Below are positions 37,195-45,949 of a DNA stretch of 64,000 nucleotides, piece after piece. The notes under the pieces are model-generated. The model did no database searches and was not told the origin of the DNA. It saw only the letters and a program-made list of their open reading frames with translations. The stretch covers positions 65,796-129,795 of the forward strand of contig JAUXIK010000001.1 of NCBI GenBank assembly GCA_030620995.1, written 5' to 3'. The translations under genes and the position numbers were made by a program. Within the stretch, counting starts at the first letter, position 1; each line of letters begins with the position of its first letter. This DNA is from Candidatus Aegiribacteria sp. Lineage in GTDB: Bacteria; Fermentibacterota; Fermentibacteria; Fermentibacterales; JCC-6.

Positions 37195-38658
37195 TCAAAC
37201 GGCGTCAAACAGGCTAAAGATCTTCCTGGAAGTCTTCTTTTCCTTCTCTTTATCGATACCGTTCTTTAAAATAGCATCCTCTTCTTTGTTTTCTACTTCA
37301 CCTTCACCTTTAACTTTATCTTTACATTCGTGTGGATCTTCGTGCGAGTCCTGTGTAATTATTTCAGAATCCTCTTCAGCTGATTTCGCATAACTTATTT
37401 GTTCAACGTTTTCTTTCCGCTCATTATCAGAGATTTCAGTTTCACTGCCGGGTTCCATTTCCCCTTCGCGCGAGCTGTCCGAAGTAACCGATTCACCTGA
37501 TGAAGGGATAGTCTCAGCTTCATTCCGTGCGATTGTCACAGCTACAGCAGGCAGATCGCTAATTGGAAATACACAGGATAGTTTGGAGGCTGTCATTATC
37601 GCAGTTTCAAGAACAACTCTGGGAAGATTACTTCGTTTGACCTGCATTGCGGCTCCGCTGATAATTCTCAGGATGTTGAGAACCGCCACATCAGGAATAT
37701 TCGACGCAATTGATCTTAGAAGTTCAATTTCAGAATCCGGAACATCTTCCAGGCTGCCTGAAGCACCGGAAACAATCAGAAGTAAATTTCGAAGGAAAAC
37801 AGTTAAAGCATCTATCAATTCATCCACACCATAACCTCTTGCAAGTGCTGCGGAAACCGAATCTATAGCTTTCGCTGTCTCTCCTGCCAGTATATTTGAA
37901 GTAATAACTGCAAGAAGGTCGGTCTCTACGATACCAAGAAGTTTTACTACTTCCTCGCCACGGATCTCGGTGCCCGAAAAACTTACAAGCTGATCCATCA
38001 ATGAAAGAGCATCCCGCATACTTCCGCCGCTGGATCTGCAAACGAGACTAAGTGCTGCAGAATCAAGTTTGATTCCTTCTTTAGAGGCTTCCCTTTGAAT
38101 ATACCCGGACATATCAGTTACAGAGATCCGTCTGAAATCAAATCGCTGACATCTGCTGAGAATCGTATCAGGTACTTTCCTCGGCTGGGTGGTTGCAAAG
38201 ATAAAAATCACAGAATCAGGGGGTTCTTCCAGGATCTTCAACAGAGCGTTGAAAGCCTCTTTTGTAAGCATGTGAACCTCATCGATGATGTAGATCTTAT
38301 GTCTTCCGGATACTGTTGCGTATCTGGCTTTCTCGCGGAGATCCCTGATCTGGTCAATACCTCTATTGCTTGCACCGTCAATCTCCAGAACATCCATATG
38401 ATTACCAGCGGTGATCTGTCTGCAGGAATCACATTTCTGGCACGGATTCGGAGTTGGTCCGTTTTCACAGTTCAGAGCCTTTGCAAGTATTCGCGCAGTT
38501 GTGGTTTTTCCAACTCCGCGAGGACCGGTCATCAGGTAAGCATGTCCAATCCTGCCGGTTTCAATTGCATTTCTTAGAGTAACAGTCACATGATCCTGAG
38601 AAAGAACCTCTTCAAAAGACTGAGGACGCCACTTTCGCGCAAAAACCAGATAACTCAA
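37195..38658 (-). CDS. dnaX: DNA polymerase III subunit gamma/tau
   Basis: The start is re-called to the TTG at 38658 (LSYLVFARKWRPQSFEEV), which has GGAGG 5 nt upstream. The ORF-track 5' extension would overlap the SRP RNA. It has Walker A GPRGVGKTT, a zinc module CQKCDSC and the IIDEVHMLT box. Confidence 0.92.
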   Translation of the reverse strand: MSYLVFARKWRPQSFEEVLSQDHVTVTLRNAIETGRIGHAYLMTGPRGVGKTTTARILAKALNCENGPTPNPCQKCDSCRQITAGNHMDVLEIDGASNRGIDQIRDLREKARYATVSGRHKIYIIDEVHMLTKEAFNALLKILEEPPDSVIFIFATTQPRKVPDTILSRCQRFDFRRISVTDMSGYIQREASKEGIKLDSAALSLVCRSSGGSMRDALSLMDQLVSFSGTEIRGEEVVKLLGIVETDLLAVITSNILAGETAKAIDSVSAALARGYGVDELIDALTVFLRNLLLIVSGASGSLEDVPDSEIELLRSIASNIPDVAVLNILRIISGAAMQVKRSNLPRVVLETAIMTASKLSCVFPISDLPAVAVTIARNEAETIPSSGESVTSDSSREGEMEPGSETEISDNERKENVEQISYAKSAEEDSEIITQDSHEDPHECKDKVKGEGEVENKEEDAILKNGIDKEKEKKTSRKIFSLFDAV

Positions 38659-38680
38659 GCAAACCTCCAATCGGGGAATG

Positions 38681-38951
38681 CTGGCCGTACAAATCTGCTG
38701 GACATGCTTCACGAACTGTAAAATGCAGCCAGCTCAAATCAGGTTGGCCTGAGTCACCCGACAGTCTCCGTTTACCGCTGCTACCTTCCGGTCCTGACGG
38801 GGTTCGCGGGCTGGCGTCGCTCAAGTCCTGATCATCAGCACCGCTTACAATGAGACAGACTCGTTACACAATGCCGCACAGAGTATCTCAGCCCCGCTAT
38901 AGCGGATTGCGGGTACAGGGCACCGCTAGCTCCCCGCCCAGCACGGCCAGC
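38681..38951 (-). ncRNA. ffs: signal recognition particle RNA, large (Alu-domain, Bacillus-type) form, about 271 nt
   Basis: The minus strand begins GCTGGCCGTGCTGGGCGGGGAGCTAGCGGTGCCCTGTACCCGCAATCCGC, close to the B. subtilis scRNA 5' Alu domain as I recall it. Helix 8 reads GTCAGGACCGGAAGGTAGCAGC with a GGAA tetraloop. The 3' end GTACGGCCAG pairs with the 5' end. It lies directly upstream of dnaX, the classic position. Ends are accurate to about 5 nt. Confidence 0.85.
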
Positions 38952-39003
38952 AAAAAGAATATACTTCCAGGAGATAAATGAGAGAAGAGGGAGTTTCTAT
39001 TCA

Positions 39004-39813
39004 TTACATGTTCAGAGGCATAACAATTTCCTCTGAGGAAGTTGCAGAGTCCGGTGATTCTGTACCGGAATTTGCATTAATGTATTCCCGTTTATTACAC
39101 AGAATTGAAAGTGCGATAAGCACCAGAGTTCCGAACAGCACTATGAAAATACCATACTTCTTCAAGAGTCCCGTAATCCTCTTTGAACCTGATCCGGATC
39201 TCACCGCGGCAATTGAACCGCCTTTCTTTCTGAATCTGATGCGGGTTTCCGTGACCATCTCTTCAAGGCATTTTGCAAGTGGATCATTGTAAAGGGATAT
39301 GTACTTGGCAGCAACTGCTGAACCAATAAGTTTTCTGAGTCCGTGAGTTACAAGGATTACAGATTGGCCATTTTTTAATACTAACCGATTGGGAAGGACA
39401 TCAATAATCGTGGAACTGCCTGAAATACTCTCCTCCTGAATGGCTCCATTCGTTAGAAATGCATGGCATGTCCCTGTGCTGACAACCCGGACTTCACAAC
39501 CAAGAACCGCAATAGAAGCTATTGAGCACGAGTCATGTCCATTCTCAGAGTTTTTCTTTTCAACTTCATCGAAAGCGTTGTTCAATGCGTCTTCAACACC
39601 GTAAGCTACTCCCTCCGCAAATGTATCCCTTACTATCGCTGCAGATGTCATGGCGCAGACGGGATCATCTTTTTTACATTCTGCGACAACAACTACACTT
39701 GCATACGGGGGTGAGGCTTGAAAGCCGTCTGAAACCGATGCCATTTTCGTTGGCATACGTCCCGGCTGATTCAGCCAGGCAATCTCTATTTCACCGGGAT
39801 TACCAGCCTGCAT
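39004..39813 (-). CDS. membrane-anchored protein with a degenerate PP2C-like fold (hypothetical)
   Basis: 269 aa. The spacing of beta-strand motifs (ASVVVVAE ... SIASIAVLGCEVRVVSTGTCHAFL ... SVILVTHGL) resembles PP2C, but the metal-binding DG(x)GG motifs are absent. It has a C-terminal TM (IFIVLFGTLVLIALSIL). Confidence 0.5.
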   Translation of the reverse strand: MQAGNPGEIEIAWLNQPGRMPTKMASVSDGFQASPPYASVVVVAECKKDDPVCAMTSAAIVRDTFAEGVAYGVEDALNNAFDEVEKKNSENGHDSCSIASIAVLGCEVRVVSTGTCHAFLTNGAIQEESISGSSTIIDVLPNRLVLKNGQSVILVTHGLRKLIGSAVAAKYISLYNDPLAKCLEEMVTETRIRFRKKGGSIAAVRSGSGSKRITGLLKKYGIFIVLFGTLVLIALSILCNKREYINANSGTESPDSATSSEEIVMPLNM

Positions 39814-39845
39814 ATTCTTCCAATACTGAAATCATTCGTAAAAAA

Positions 39846-39921
39846 TGGTGGAGATGAGCGGGATCGAACCGCCGACCTCTGCCTTGCGAAGGCAGCGCTC
39901 TTCCAACTGAGCTACATCCCC
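39846..39921 (-). tRNA. tRNA-Ala (CGC)
   Basis: The reverse complement reads GGGGATGTAGCTCAGTTGGAAGAGCGCTGCCTTCGCAAGGCAGAGGTCGGCGGTTCGATCCCGCTCATCTCCACCA. It has the G3:U70 identity pair, anticodon loop TTCGCAA and an encoded CCA. Confidence 0.95.
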
Positions 39922-39984
39922 ACCGACAGGTTGAAATTCTGAAATAATCTCGAAGGTGAATAAGTGCACCGTTCTCCCTGGAGT

Positions 39985-41745
39985 TCACTCGATGAGATAG
40001 AGTTTTCCAAACCCAGTTATCGCTGTGTAATCATCCGGGGAATTCTCATTCGACAGTACTATTCCTGGATCTGAAGCAATTATGGATACAGTTCTGACGT
40101 TGAAAATCCGTTTATTCCCTCCGAGTAGAATAACACGTACTGGAGAAGGAGTCCTGAATACACCTTTCATAAGCACCTGATCCTTCAATACAGCAAGAGA
40201 ATTGTCCAGTTGACCATCCAGTGGTTCAGAACTTATCGATCCGGTAGTAAGGATCAGAGCACTGAGCCGAACTGTCATGTTCTCTGACAATTCCAGAATC
40301 AGCGGCTCCTCAGGACCACAGTTCAGCAGGAAGGTTCCGCAGCCGGCAATATTGCAGGTTCCGTCTTTATTGATATCAACAGAAAGAGTATCCTCGAATA
40401 CAGTAAGCAGGCATTGATCAATATTAACTGAACCGGAAGTCAGATGAACGGTAAGCAGTCCTGAATCTATGGACCAGGAATCAAAATTCAGAACGGTTTC
40501 CTCTTCCTGAATCTGCTCCCGGGGTTCTTCCTCTTCCTTAGTCTGCTCCTCAACTTTTTCCTCTTCCTGAGCCTTCCCTATTAGAACTTCAATACGAGAA
40601 GAATCGGATTCACTTTCCCCAATGGTTTCTTCTTCGACAATTTCGGTATGAGTTTTTTCCGTCTCTGCATGATTGAAGATCGCCTGTAGAGATTCACTGG
40701 AATCATACGTAGGTTCACTCTCCTCTGCAGTATCCGGAACCTCAGCGTCAGTTTCCGTATCTGAAGCCGGCTGATCGGAATCTTCCTGTTCCTGTTCCTG
40801 CGCTTCTTCCTCAACAGTTTCTGTTACTTCAACAGTTTCTGTTACTTCTTCACCTGATTTTTCAATTTCTTCTTCACTCGCGGAAGGAGTTGATGCTGTA
40901 CCGAAGATTTCATCCAGAGTTGGGCCAGCCGTTTCCTTCTTCGTATCAGAGATCTCTTTGTCAGTTGGCTCTGTATCTTCCTGGTCGTCGGATTTTGAGT
41001 CTTCAGTGATGTCTGTTTTTGAACTGTCTGATGTATCTGTATCCTCTACATCGGATTCTGAGAAAACAGACTGAAGAGTCTCAGAAGTTGAAACCCCTAT
41101 ATTCTCAAGCAATTTTGAGATATCATCTGAACTATCCTCTTCAGATTCATCGGGGGATAATCCTATATTTTTGAGAAGTTTCTCAATACTGTTCTCTTTT
41201 TCATCCTCTGAATCAGCAAATAAGCTATCGGTTGGAACGTCGGGAAACACCTGTATACCCTCCCTGAGTTGTTCATTATCCTGTTTTTCATCCGGGGCAG
41301 AATCAGTGGAAGTTTCTGTTTTGCCGCTGGATGCAGCAAATATGTCAGCAAGATTCACCCCTGATTCTTTTGTTCTTGCGGCAATCCGCTTTAATGCGAC
41401 CACAGCACCATGATGGTCTGGTTCATCTTCACGTACTACACTGTAATTATCAAACGCAAGCTGATATTCGCCAAGCTCCTCCAGAACCTGAGCTAACCTG
41501 AAATTATTACCTACATTACCATCTTCAAGTGTAATAAGTATCTCCAGCTGAGACCGGGCTTCAGACCAGAGTTCCATACTCATACAGGTATCGGAAAGAA
41601 TACTTCTTGCTTTAGGTCTGGTTCCGATAAGCGATATAGCCTTTAGTAAAAGTTCTCGAGCCTGTTCGGGAGATCCGCCAGCAAGGTAATTTTCAGCATC
41701 TTTACAAAGTGTATTGTAAGTTTCATCGGTAAATGTATCAGACAT
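39985..41745 (-). CDS. hypothetical protein: N-terminal TPR, roughly 300-aa hyper-acidic low-complexity centre and beta-rich C-terminal domain
   Basis: 586 aa. The centre is dominated by E/D/S/T, including a duplicated VTETVE. The C-terminal 170 aa are ordered (LLTVHLTSGSVNID ... GFGKLYLIE). Confidence 0.7.
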   Translation of the reverse strand: MSDTFTDETYNTLCKDAENYLAGGSPEQARELLLKAISLIGTRPKARSILSDTCMSMELWSEARSQLEILITLEDGNVGNNFRLAQVLEELGEYQLAFDNYSVVREDEPDHHGAVVALKRIAARTKESGVNLADIFAASSGKTETSTDSAPDEKQDNEQLREGIQVFPDVPTDSLFADSEDEKENSIEKLLKNIGLSPDESEEDSSDDISKLLENIGVSTSETLQSVFSESDVEDTDTSDSSKTDITEDSKSDDQEDTEPTDKEISDTKKETAGPTLDEIFGTASTPSASEEEIEKSGEEVTETVEVTETVEEEAQEQEQEDSDQPASDTETDAEVPDTAEESEPTYDSSESLQAIFNHAETEKTHTEIVEEETIGESESDSSRIEVLIGKAQEEEKVEEQTKEEEEPREQIQEEETVLNFDSWSIDSGLLTVHLTSGSVNIDQCLLTVFEDTLSVDINKDGTCNIAGCGTFLLNCGPEEPLILELSENMTVRLSALILTTGSISSEPLDGQLDNSLAVLKDQVLMKGVFRTPSPVRVILLGGNKRIFNVRTVSIIASDPGIVLSNENSPDDYTAITGFGKLYLIE

Positions 41746-41856
41746 ATAAGCCTCCCTGATGAAAAAATCTCATACACCGCAGATCAATTTGCAAATAAGA
41801 CTCAATCAGCTCACTGACAGATACTCAGAGCATTTGAAATCGGCATACAGCCAGGG

Positions 41857-41949
41857 TGGCGGAGAGAGAGGGATTCGAACCCTCGAGAACGAATACACGC
41901 TCTACACGGTTTCCAACCGTGCTCCTTCGGCCAGCTCGGACATCTCTCC
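41857..41949 (-). tRNA. tRNA-Ser (GGA)
   Basis: The reverse complement reads GGAGAGATGTCCGAGCTGGCCGAAGGAGCACGGTTGGAAACCGTG, then a long variable arm, then GAGGGTTCGAATCCCTCTCTCTCCGCCA. The anticodon loop is TTGGAAA and CCA is encoded. Confidence 0.95.
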
Positions 41950-42034
41950 GCGCAAGTATTAATTGATAGATAATATACGGTAATCTGTCAACTTCAGAAA
42001 CCATTCAAGAATTTCTGAACAGGATCTGTTACAA

Positions 42035-43711
42035 TTAATCCATGCATCTGGGACATTCGCTCGAAATCTCCTTTGAAATGCCCTTGTTCCCATACGCTTT
42101 ATCGAAATGTGCCTTGAATTCTGAAGCCAGCTTCTCTGCCCGGCTCCTGTAGGCTTCTCGATCATCCCAGGTATTCACGGGATCAAGCATTGAATTATCA
42201 GTCAATCCAGGACAGGTATCCGGAACCATAATGCGAAATATCGGGTCTTCATGAAAGCTCACATCGCTGAGTTTTCCGGAAAGTACAGCATCCACCATTA
42301 TCCGGGTGAGGGGAAGGTCTATCCTTGAACCAACTCCATAAGAACCACCGCTCCAGCCGGTATTGATAAGGTATACCTCTGTTCCGTGCGCATCCATTCT
42401 CTTACCCAGCATGGAAGCGTAAACCTCCGGGTTTCGGGGCATGAAGGGTTCCCCGAAGAAGCGAGAGAATGTGCTGACAGGCTCGGTTATTCCGGTTTCG
42501 GTTCCAGCAAGCTTACTGGTGTAGCCCATAAGGAACCAGAACATGGCTTGTCCTCTGTTGAGCTTTGAAATTGGAGGTAGTACACCGTTTGCATCGGCTG
42601 TGAGAAAAAGAATTGTTGTTGGATGCCCGGCCACAGATGATTCCTTTATGTTGGAGAGGTAACGAAGCGGATAGGAGCCTCTGGAGTTTGGCGTAAGCCT
42701 GTCATCATACAGATCAAAGTGACCGTCAGGATACATCATGGTATTCTCGATAATGGATCCATGTTCAAGGTAATCATCAATATGGAAGCAGGCGTTGAAT
42801 ATCTCGGGTTCATTTTTTTCGCTGAGATTGATAAGTTTTGCATAGCATCCGTTTTCAAAATTCGCTATTCCGGAAACACTCCAGCCATGTTCATCATCTC
42901 CAAGAAGTGCTCTTGAAGGATCTGCTGAAAGTGTTGTCTTTCCTGTTCCTGAAAGTCCAAGAAGGAGAGCGCTTCTGCCATCGAGACCCTCGTTCGCGCT
43001 GCAATGAAGAGGAAGAATACCTTCTTCAGGAAGATAGTAGTTCATTACGGTAAATATCAGCTTTTTAACGCTGCCGCAGTAGGCCGATCCGAAAACAATC
43101 CCGATCCGTCTGTCCATATCCATGCCAACCATCATAGTCGAGGTGTGGCCGAGCCGTGGATCTACCCTTAGGCGGCCCTTATATTTCTCCGGATCCAACT
43201 TGTGATATGGAAGTGCTATAAGTGTAAATGGTCTGTCTCTGAAACACGACTTTTCAGCAACGGTTTCATCCCATGGTCGGAACATATTGTCTGTGAATAG
43301 GGCAATAAGGGCCATATCTGTTATTGTCCTGACCGGCAGGGAATACGAAGGTTCTGCTCCAATAAGCCTGTCGGTGACAAATACTTCGGGAACTTCCTTC
43401 AATGCCTTCAATGCATCCTCGAAAACCATGTCAAAGGTTTCCTGATCAACCGGAATATTATTGGGACTGGTCCAGTCAATCGTATCTTCACTTGAACTGC
43501 GTTTCACGATTATCGTATCTTTGGGACTTCTGCCGGTAGACTCCGGAGGTGTCCAGGTTTCAAGAGCGCCGCAACTGCTTACAAGAGCTTCTCCGTTATC
43601 GACTGCTCTTTTAATCATCTCTCTGCGGGAAATGTTCTCCAGTACATTATTTCTCGAATCCAGAACCGCTGATACGGACTGATCAAGTGTCATCTGAATC
43701 CTTTCGATCAA
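42035..43711 (-). CDS. pckA: phosphoenolpyruvate carboxykinase (ATP)
   Basis: 558 aa with the kinase-1a loop GLSGTGKTTLS, plus IGDDEHGW-like LGDDEHGW and FENGCYAK motifs. Confidence 0.95.
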   Translation of the reverse strand: MIERIQMTLDQSVSAVLDSRNNVLENISRREMIKRAVDNGEALVSSCGALETWTPPESTGRSPKDTIIVKRSSSEDTIDWTSPNNIPVDQETFDMVFEDALKALKEVPEVFVTDRLIGAEPSYSLPVRTITDMALIALFTDNMFRPWDETVAEKSCFRDRPFTLIALPYHKLDPEKYKGRLRVDPRLGHTSTMMVGMDMDRRIGIVFGSAYCGSVKKLIFTVMNYYLPEEGILPLHCSANEGLDGRSALLLGLSGTGKTTLSADPSRALLGDDEHGWSVSGIANFENGCYAKLINLSEKNEPEIFNACFHIDDYLEHGSIIENTMMYPDGHFDLYDDRLTPNSRGSYPLRYLSNIKESSVAGHPTTILFLTADANGVLPPISKLNRGQAMFWFLMGYTSKLAGTETGITEPVSTFSRFFGEPFMPRNPEVYASMLGKRMDAHGTEVYLINTGWSGGSYGVGSRIDLPLTRIMVDAVLSGKLSDVSFHEDPIFRIMVPDTCPGLTDNSMLDPVNTWDDREAYRSRAEKLASEFKAHFDKAYGNKGISKEISSECPRCMD

Positions 43712-43889
43712 TGTTGACTAAAAGTGGACTGCTGCAAGTCCTGTAAAATACTCTATGGGCTTTACTCGAACCAGCATGAAAGTACACTCACGCTTTGAAG
43801 GAATTCACCAACCGTTTATGTTCTTGCGGTGAAAAGGAGGATCTTCTCTGAAAAGAATATTCAGATTATCGCCTGAGAATGCCTGGTGC

Positions 43890-45140
43890 ATGTACGACTG
43901 GGGAAACTCCGCATTCGTTACAACTGTAATTGCCGCGATATTGCCTGTGTACTTTGCTGAGACAATTTGTGGTGGAAACACTGTAGAGTGGGCATTTCTC
44001 GGAAAACAACTTATAAGCAACGCCACTTCGCTCTGGGGATATGCAATGGCTCTTGCCGCACTCTTCGTTGCAATACTCGCTCCAATTCTAGGAGCTACAG
44101 CCGATGCCGGAGGAAGAAGAAAACAATTCCTGGCAATAATGACTGGAACGGGTGTGCTGGCAACTATTCTACTTTCAATGACCGGAGCTGGAGATATCTG
44201 GCTTGTTCTGGGAATCCTTGTTCTGGGACAGATCGGCTTTGCCGGAGCAAATGTTTTCTATAATTCACTGCTTGTTTCCGTAGCAACACCCAAGAGAAGA
44301 GATCTAATATCCTCGAGAGGATATGCATTCGGCTACCTGGGTGGCGGCATCCTTCTCGCAATAAACCTTCTAATGATCAGAAAACCATCCATATTCGGTT
44401 TTGCTGATGCATCCATTGCTCTGAGATACGTTTTTCTTTCAGTAGCTGTATGGTGGTCTATTTTCTCGATTCCGCTCTTTCTCAGGGTTCCGGAGGGGCC
44501 TTCAGGGGGCGAACGAACTTTCACCGGTTCTCTGAAACACGGAATATCAACGCTTTTCTCAACATTCAGTCATATCAGGAAGAACAACAATATTTTCCGA
44601 TTCCTGATTTCATTCCTTCTGTATAATGATGGCATACAAACTATTATCATGATGGCCACGATCTACGGAAAAGTGGAACTCGGACTGAGTTCCGGAAATC
44701 TTATCGGCGCTCTTCTTCTGACTCAGATCGTGGGAGTTCCAGGCAGCCTCCTCTTTGGCCAGCTCGCAAATAAGTACGGCTCAAAGCAGATGCTGTTCGT
44801 CGGCATAATTGCTTATGTATTTGTCATCATCTACGCTTTCTGGATGAAAAGAGCTCTTGATTTCTGGATACTCGCAGGAATAGTCGGCCTGTTCATGGGC
44901 GGAATCCAGGCAGTGAGCCGGGGATTCTACTCAAAGCTTATTCCGGATGGAATGAACGCTGAGTATTTTGGTTTCTTCTCGGTTTCTCAGAGATTTGCAA
45001 GTATATTCGGACCACTGATGTTCGCTTTGATAACTGATATTACCGGAAGTTCCAGGCTATCCATCCTGTCTCTTGCAGTTCTATTCCTTGCAGGTGGTCT
45101 TATCCTGGTAAAGGTCAAAACACCGGAAGAAGCAGTATGA
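43890..45140 (+). CDS. MFS transporter, UMF1/Atg22-like family
   Basis: 416 aa with about 12 TM. The N-terminal W(C)MYDWGNSAF motif is typical of UMF1. That family motif starts upstream of the ATG, so the true start may be the CTG at 43848, which has a GGAGG SD with a 7-nt spacer. Confidence 0.85.
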   Translation: MYDWGNSAFVTTVIAAILPVYFAETICGGNTVEWAFLGKQLISNATSLWGYAMALAALFVAILAPILGATADAGGRRKQFLAIMTGTGVLATILLSMTGAGDIWLVLGILVLGQIGFAGANVFYNSLLVSVATPKRRDLISSRGYAFGYLGGGILLAINLLMIRKPSIFGFADASIALRYVFLSVAVWWSIFSIPLFLRVPEGPSGGERTFTGSLKHGISTLFSTFSHIRKNNNIFRFLISFLLYNDGIQTIIMMATIYGKVELGLSSGNLIGALLLTQIVGVPGSLLFGQLANKYGSKQMLFVGIIAYVFVIIYAFWMKRALDFWILAGIVGLFMGGIQAVSRGFYSKLIPDGMNAEYFGFFSVSQRFASIFGPLMFALITDITGSSRLSILSLAVLFLAGGLILVKVKTPEEAV

Positions 45141-45949
45141 TTATTGTATCGTTTATATCGTTCTTTCTTCTGATACTGGAAGAACTTTTTCACAGACTTA
45201 ATAAAGCAGTTCCCTTAATGAATATCGATCTGACTGATGACTCCTTCGACAGACTATCCAATGGAAATCCATCAAGAATAACCAGATTACTTGTATGGAT
45301 ACGCATTGGACAGCTCCTGGTCTTCGGGGTTCTTTTTGCCTTGATCGCAGCTTTGTCAGGAATGAAAGTTCTATATACAACACCCGGTCAGCTGGCCGGT
45401 TTGATTTTAATGATTCAGGTTGTCAGGATAGCTAACAGAAGAATCATCAAACAGTGGGCAGTACTTGGAAGCGCTGTGTTCCTGCAGGTCATACTGCTTA
45501 TTCTCCTTATCCTTACCGGATTGACAACAATAACTGCACACGAGTCCGCTTTCTATCAGACTGATTGGGTATTGTCATCATTATCTTTCATTGTGCTTTT
45601 CATGTTGTCTCTTTCATTTCCGCTCGTATGCACATATTTTATCCGACTTTTCGCAAGGGAAGGCAGTAATATCTACTATTTTTTTCCACCTCTTGCATTT
45701 TCGGAGTACTGGATAAGACGAATAATCCGTACTACTGTCTGGATAGCACTTGCGGCGTTTCTGTTTCATCTTTTTCTGGTTTTGCAGTCCGGTAATCAAG
45801 CGGGTCCGGCAATACTTCATTTAGTACTCACGATCCTGCTCTTTACATCCGTATTTCTGTTTCGGAATAAATGCAGGCTTCATCATCCTTTCGCCTTTGC
45901 TCTGATAATAATTGCCTGGATTGTGAACATCTCCTGGCTTCTTACCTGA
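45137..45949 (+). CDS. polytopic membrane protein, function unknown
   Basis: 270 aa with about 7 hydrophobic segments. It has an ATGA overlap with the MFS gene stop. Confidence 0.6.
   Translation: MIIVSFISFFLLILEELFHRLNKAVPLMNIDLTDDSFDRLSNGNPSRITRLLVWIRIGQLLVFGVLFALIAALSGMKVLYTTPGQLAGLILMIQVVRIANRRIIKQWAVLGSAVFLQVILLILLILTGLTTITAHESAFYQTDWVLSSLSFIVLFMLSLSFPLVCTYFIRLFAREGSNIYYFFPPLAFSEYWIRRIIRTTVWIALAAFLFHLFLVLQSGNQAGPAILHLVLTILLFTSVFLFRNKCRLHHPFAFALIIIAWIVNISWLLT

Noticed and set aside
38612-38824. 70-aa minus-strand ORF, plus the ORF-track 5' extension of dnaX (38659-38712).
   Set aside because: They overlap the SRP RNA. dnaX has a TTG start with a GGAGG SD at 38658 that reproduces the conserved N-terminus SYLVFARKWRP.
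39846-41949. I considered the tRNA-Ala to tRNA-Ser interval as an integrated mobile or defence island.
   Set aside because: It holds a single gene and no integrase or recombinase. I could not find a duplicated tRNA 3' segment (att-like direct repeat).
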